DNA of 64,000 nt, from NCBI GenBank assembly GCA_051294905.1, contig CM119384.1:6014001-6078000 (forward strand), written 5' to 3'. Positions 62,989-64,000 of this stretch are shown here, piece by piece; positions within the stretch are counted from its first letter, which is position 1, and each line of letters begins with the position of its first letter. A program made the translations under genes and the position numbers. The notes below the pieces were generated by a model that did no database searches, was not told where the DNA came from, and worked only from the letters and a program-made list of their open reading frames with translations. Source of the stretch: Botryllus schlosseri (taxonomy: Eukaryota).

Positions 62989-63865
62989 GGTATTCATGGT
63001 GTTTGTCGACTGCTATGGTCATTTACACCAGGCCGATATTCTTCATATTTTCCGTAACTGCCGACTTATAGCACGGCCAACCTCTAGGCTTTTGTAAGAC
63101 ACCGCTGACGCAGATGAGGTGGCGATGAGGAGCCTAGGTAAACCTCCAACACTTAGGTATCGGAATTCGGAAGTCGACCTCGGTCGGACTCGAACCCGCA
63201 CCCATTGGTGTTGCAGCCGCGGATTATACCACTGCGCTAACTCGCCACCTCTGTATCCGGGATAGTTTACCTTTTACATTTTAACTGGCCCGGACTCGCC
63301 GTCGCTATCTCCGGTGCAATATCTGTGAGCATTTTGTAGTAGTCCTGCGTCTTGTAATTGGCTGCCGAAACGATTCCTTTCAACTGCGTTTTGCTGATTG
63401 CGAATTCCGCCTCCTTGGTTTGATAGGCTGGGTTGATGTTGACCTGGAAGCGAAATCTGGCTGGTCAAACGCGGTATTGTCAGAAGATAATGGTGAAATT
63501 TTCTACCACTGAACTGGGTATATTATGTCGTGCAATGCGCGCGTTAGTGGCTCACCAGTATGGCTCCGATTCTCGCAGTTGCAAATTGGGTCACCACCCA
63601 TTCTAATGTACTTGGACCCCAAATTCCGACACGGTCTCCCTTCCTAAAGCCAAGGTTGTGTAGGCCGGCAGCCATTTTATCAACCTACAAATAGGATTAT
63701 ATGTTTAATTCTGTTTTGGTAGTCGCTGGAAAATCACAGGGTAAATGTGTACTTCTTGGAGGAACTCCTGAAAGGTCGTTCGTATTCCATCCTCGCAGAA
63801 AACCAGACATTCAGTGTCCGGAGTTGCTTCGACGGTTTTCAATAAGGCTTCGCTGACAGTGTCGG
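42967..63865 (-). CDS. ACSF2: Medium-chain acyl-CoA ligase ACSF2, 5'-incomplete (first exon(s) outside window)
   Basis: Exons: 63865-63753, 63684-63556, 63443-63271, 62121-61956, 57336-57241, 57157-57009, 56950-56859 (GC donor), 56539-56466, 47001-46894 (GC donor), 46827-46679, 45374-45233, 44714-44604, 43153-43085, 43023-42967. Motifs [83 protein letters not shown]...KIQKFKMRE. Confidence 0.96.
43385..43700 (-). mobile_element. Possible degraded RTE-type LINE 3' fragment
   Basis: Two overlapping frames give SPWD...IRRRNRC...RRLL...FRW / ILHQQED...TRIEW, weakly like the RTE C-terminal LRWxGHxxR region. An 11-bp hairpin lies at 43326-43360. Confidence 0.3.
44038..44412 (+). mobile_element. 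tRNA-derived SINE with (TACA)n tail
   Basis: A box TGGCGCAGTTGG, B box GGATTCGAATC, core GCCGTGCTACAAGTCGGCAG; 15-bp TSD TACATATCTTCGATA (44023-44037 and 44413-44427). Confidence 0.88.
44850..45041 (+). mobile_element. 5'-truncated SINE (same subfamily as 62951-63250), (CAAAA)n tail
   Basis: GTGTTGGAG...CTAGGCTCCTC...GCGGTGTCTTACAA...GTGCTACAAGTCGGCAG...ACAAACACCAT. Confidence 0.75.
45704..46134. mobile_element. hAT MITE (431 bp) with AAAAGTTGCA arrays
   Basis: Perfect 15-bp TIR TAGGGCAAGTTTTTG/CAAAAACTTGCCCTA; perfect TSD ATGATCAC. Confidence 0.95.
50626..54073 (+). CDS. Type-I transmembrane leucine-rich-repeat protein (648 aa, 2 coding exons), nested antisense in an ACSF2 intron
   Basis: Exon 50626-51219 (signal peptide [21 protein letters not shown], Pro-rich segment, LRRNT-like CHVETEC, donor CAG|GTGATT) joins in phase 0 to 52721-54073 (acceptor TTTTGCAG). 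About 10 LRRs, LRRCT NPWMCNC...CVAP...LC, Thr/Pro-rich stalk, [22 protein letters not shown], short tail with no TIR domain. Confidence 0.9.
55363..55540 (+). mobile_element. 5'-truncated SINE of the same family
   Basis: GTTGGAGGTTTATC...GCGGTGTCTTATAAAA...GGGCCGTGCTACAAGTCGG...TCGGCTTGGTGTAAAATGAC. Confidence 0.7.
55605..56443. mobile_element. hAT (Ac-group-like) non-autonomous element, 839 bp
   Basis: TIR TAGGGATGGTGTGAAC/GTTCACGCCATCCCTA (15/16); perfect TSD CTGGATAT; GTGAACGCGAAC subterminal repeats. Confidence 0.93.
57384..57715. mobile_element. Possible degenerate Tigger/pogo-like MITE
   Basis: Left end CAGTCGAATCTGGTTAATTCGGACA with a repeated TTAATTCGGACA; right end only weakly complementary; no TA TSD confirmed. 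Confidence 0.3.
58440..60324 (+). pseudogene. Internally deleted Buster/Charlie hAT element with transposase C-terminal remnant
   Basis: Frames give [11 protein letters not shown] and [20 protein letters not shown] (hAT dimerisation motif, cf. KALKILLPFATTYLCEAGFS). GTGTGCCGCG subterminal motifs at both ends; interrupted by 59151-60231. Confidence 0.7.
59151..60231. mobile_element. hAT-Charlie-type element (1081 bp), probably itself containing a 59340-59812 insertion
   Basis: TIR CAGGGGTCGCCAAC/GTTGGAGACCCCTG (13/14); perfect TSD TTCTAAAG; GCGGGCCGC repeats. The inner CAGGGGTGGCCAA...TTGGCCACCCATG segment has no clear TSD. Confidence 0.9.
60470..61196. mobile_element. hAT-Charlie-type element (727 bp)
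   Basis: Perfect 15-bp TIR CAGTGGTTCCCAACC; perfect TSD TACTATGC. Confidence 0.95.
62951..63250 (-). mobile_element. Full-length, young tRNA-derived SINE with 37-nt poly(A) tail
   Basis: A box TTAGCGCAGTGG, B box GGTTCGAGTCC, uninterrupted A37 tail, perfect 13-bp TSD CTGTATCCGGGAT (62938-62950 and 63251-63263). Confidence 0.95.
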
Positions 63866-64000
63866 CTGAAAGATGAACGGAGGAGAATGTGACTGCGAAT
63901 ATGTTTCCAAATTGCCGAATCGCAGACCGCAAGACGGTGCTGCAACAAGACTGCGCTGGCCCTGCGGCACTTTTGTTTCGTAAATCGAATTTTAACTATA

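Noticed and set aside
63170-63250. tRNA-like A/B boxes called as a tRNA gene (also 44038-44110)
   Set aside because: No complete cloverleaf or terminator; they are SINE heads followed by body, tail and TSD.
10276-63865. CCDC57, TMEM199 and ACSF2 all lie on human chromosome 17, suggesting ancient linkage
   Set aside because: They are far apart in human, tunicate genomes are heavily rearranged, and this cannot be tested without comparative data.
63866-63932. ORF-track start of ACSF2 at 63932
   Set aside because: This segment is intronic: acceptor TTCATCTTTCAG at 63867-63866. The true start lies beyond the window.

Overview
This is eukaryotic (animal) genomic DNA, AT-rich, with many 57-70 nt introns. 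The beta-catenin N-terminus and intron sizes suggest an invertebrate chordate, probably an ascidian (inference). Six genes could be read or reconstructed exon by exon, plus one that the ORF track misses. On the minus strand: (1) an ORF of at least 350 codons running off the left edge, resembling a BK-channel beta subunit (KCNMB)/TipE two-TM protein; (2) beta-catenin (15 coding exons, 773 aa); (3) CCDC57 (19 exons, about 834 aa); (4) single-exon TMEM199; (5) ACSF2 (14 exons visible, 5' end outside the window, two GC-AG introns). On the plus strand: (6) TTC5, head-to-head with TMEM199; (7) a two-exon type-I membrane LRR protein nested antisense in a 9.5-kb ACSF2 intron. The region 26-42 kb and the large introns are dense in repeats: about 14 non-autonomous hAT elements with readable 8-bp TSDs (nested up to three deep), a fragmented Chapaev3-like transposase relic, a Buster/Charlie transposase remnant, a 2.2-kb foldback element, L2/Crack-type LINE 3' ends (two as an inverted pair around the beta-catenin promoter) and a modular tRNA-derived SINE family. 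No prokaryotic features, CRISPR arrays, rRNA or true tRNA genes were found. All family assignments come from manual translation and remembered consensus motifs, not database searches.
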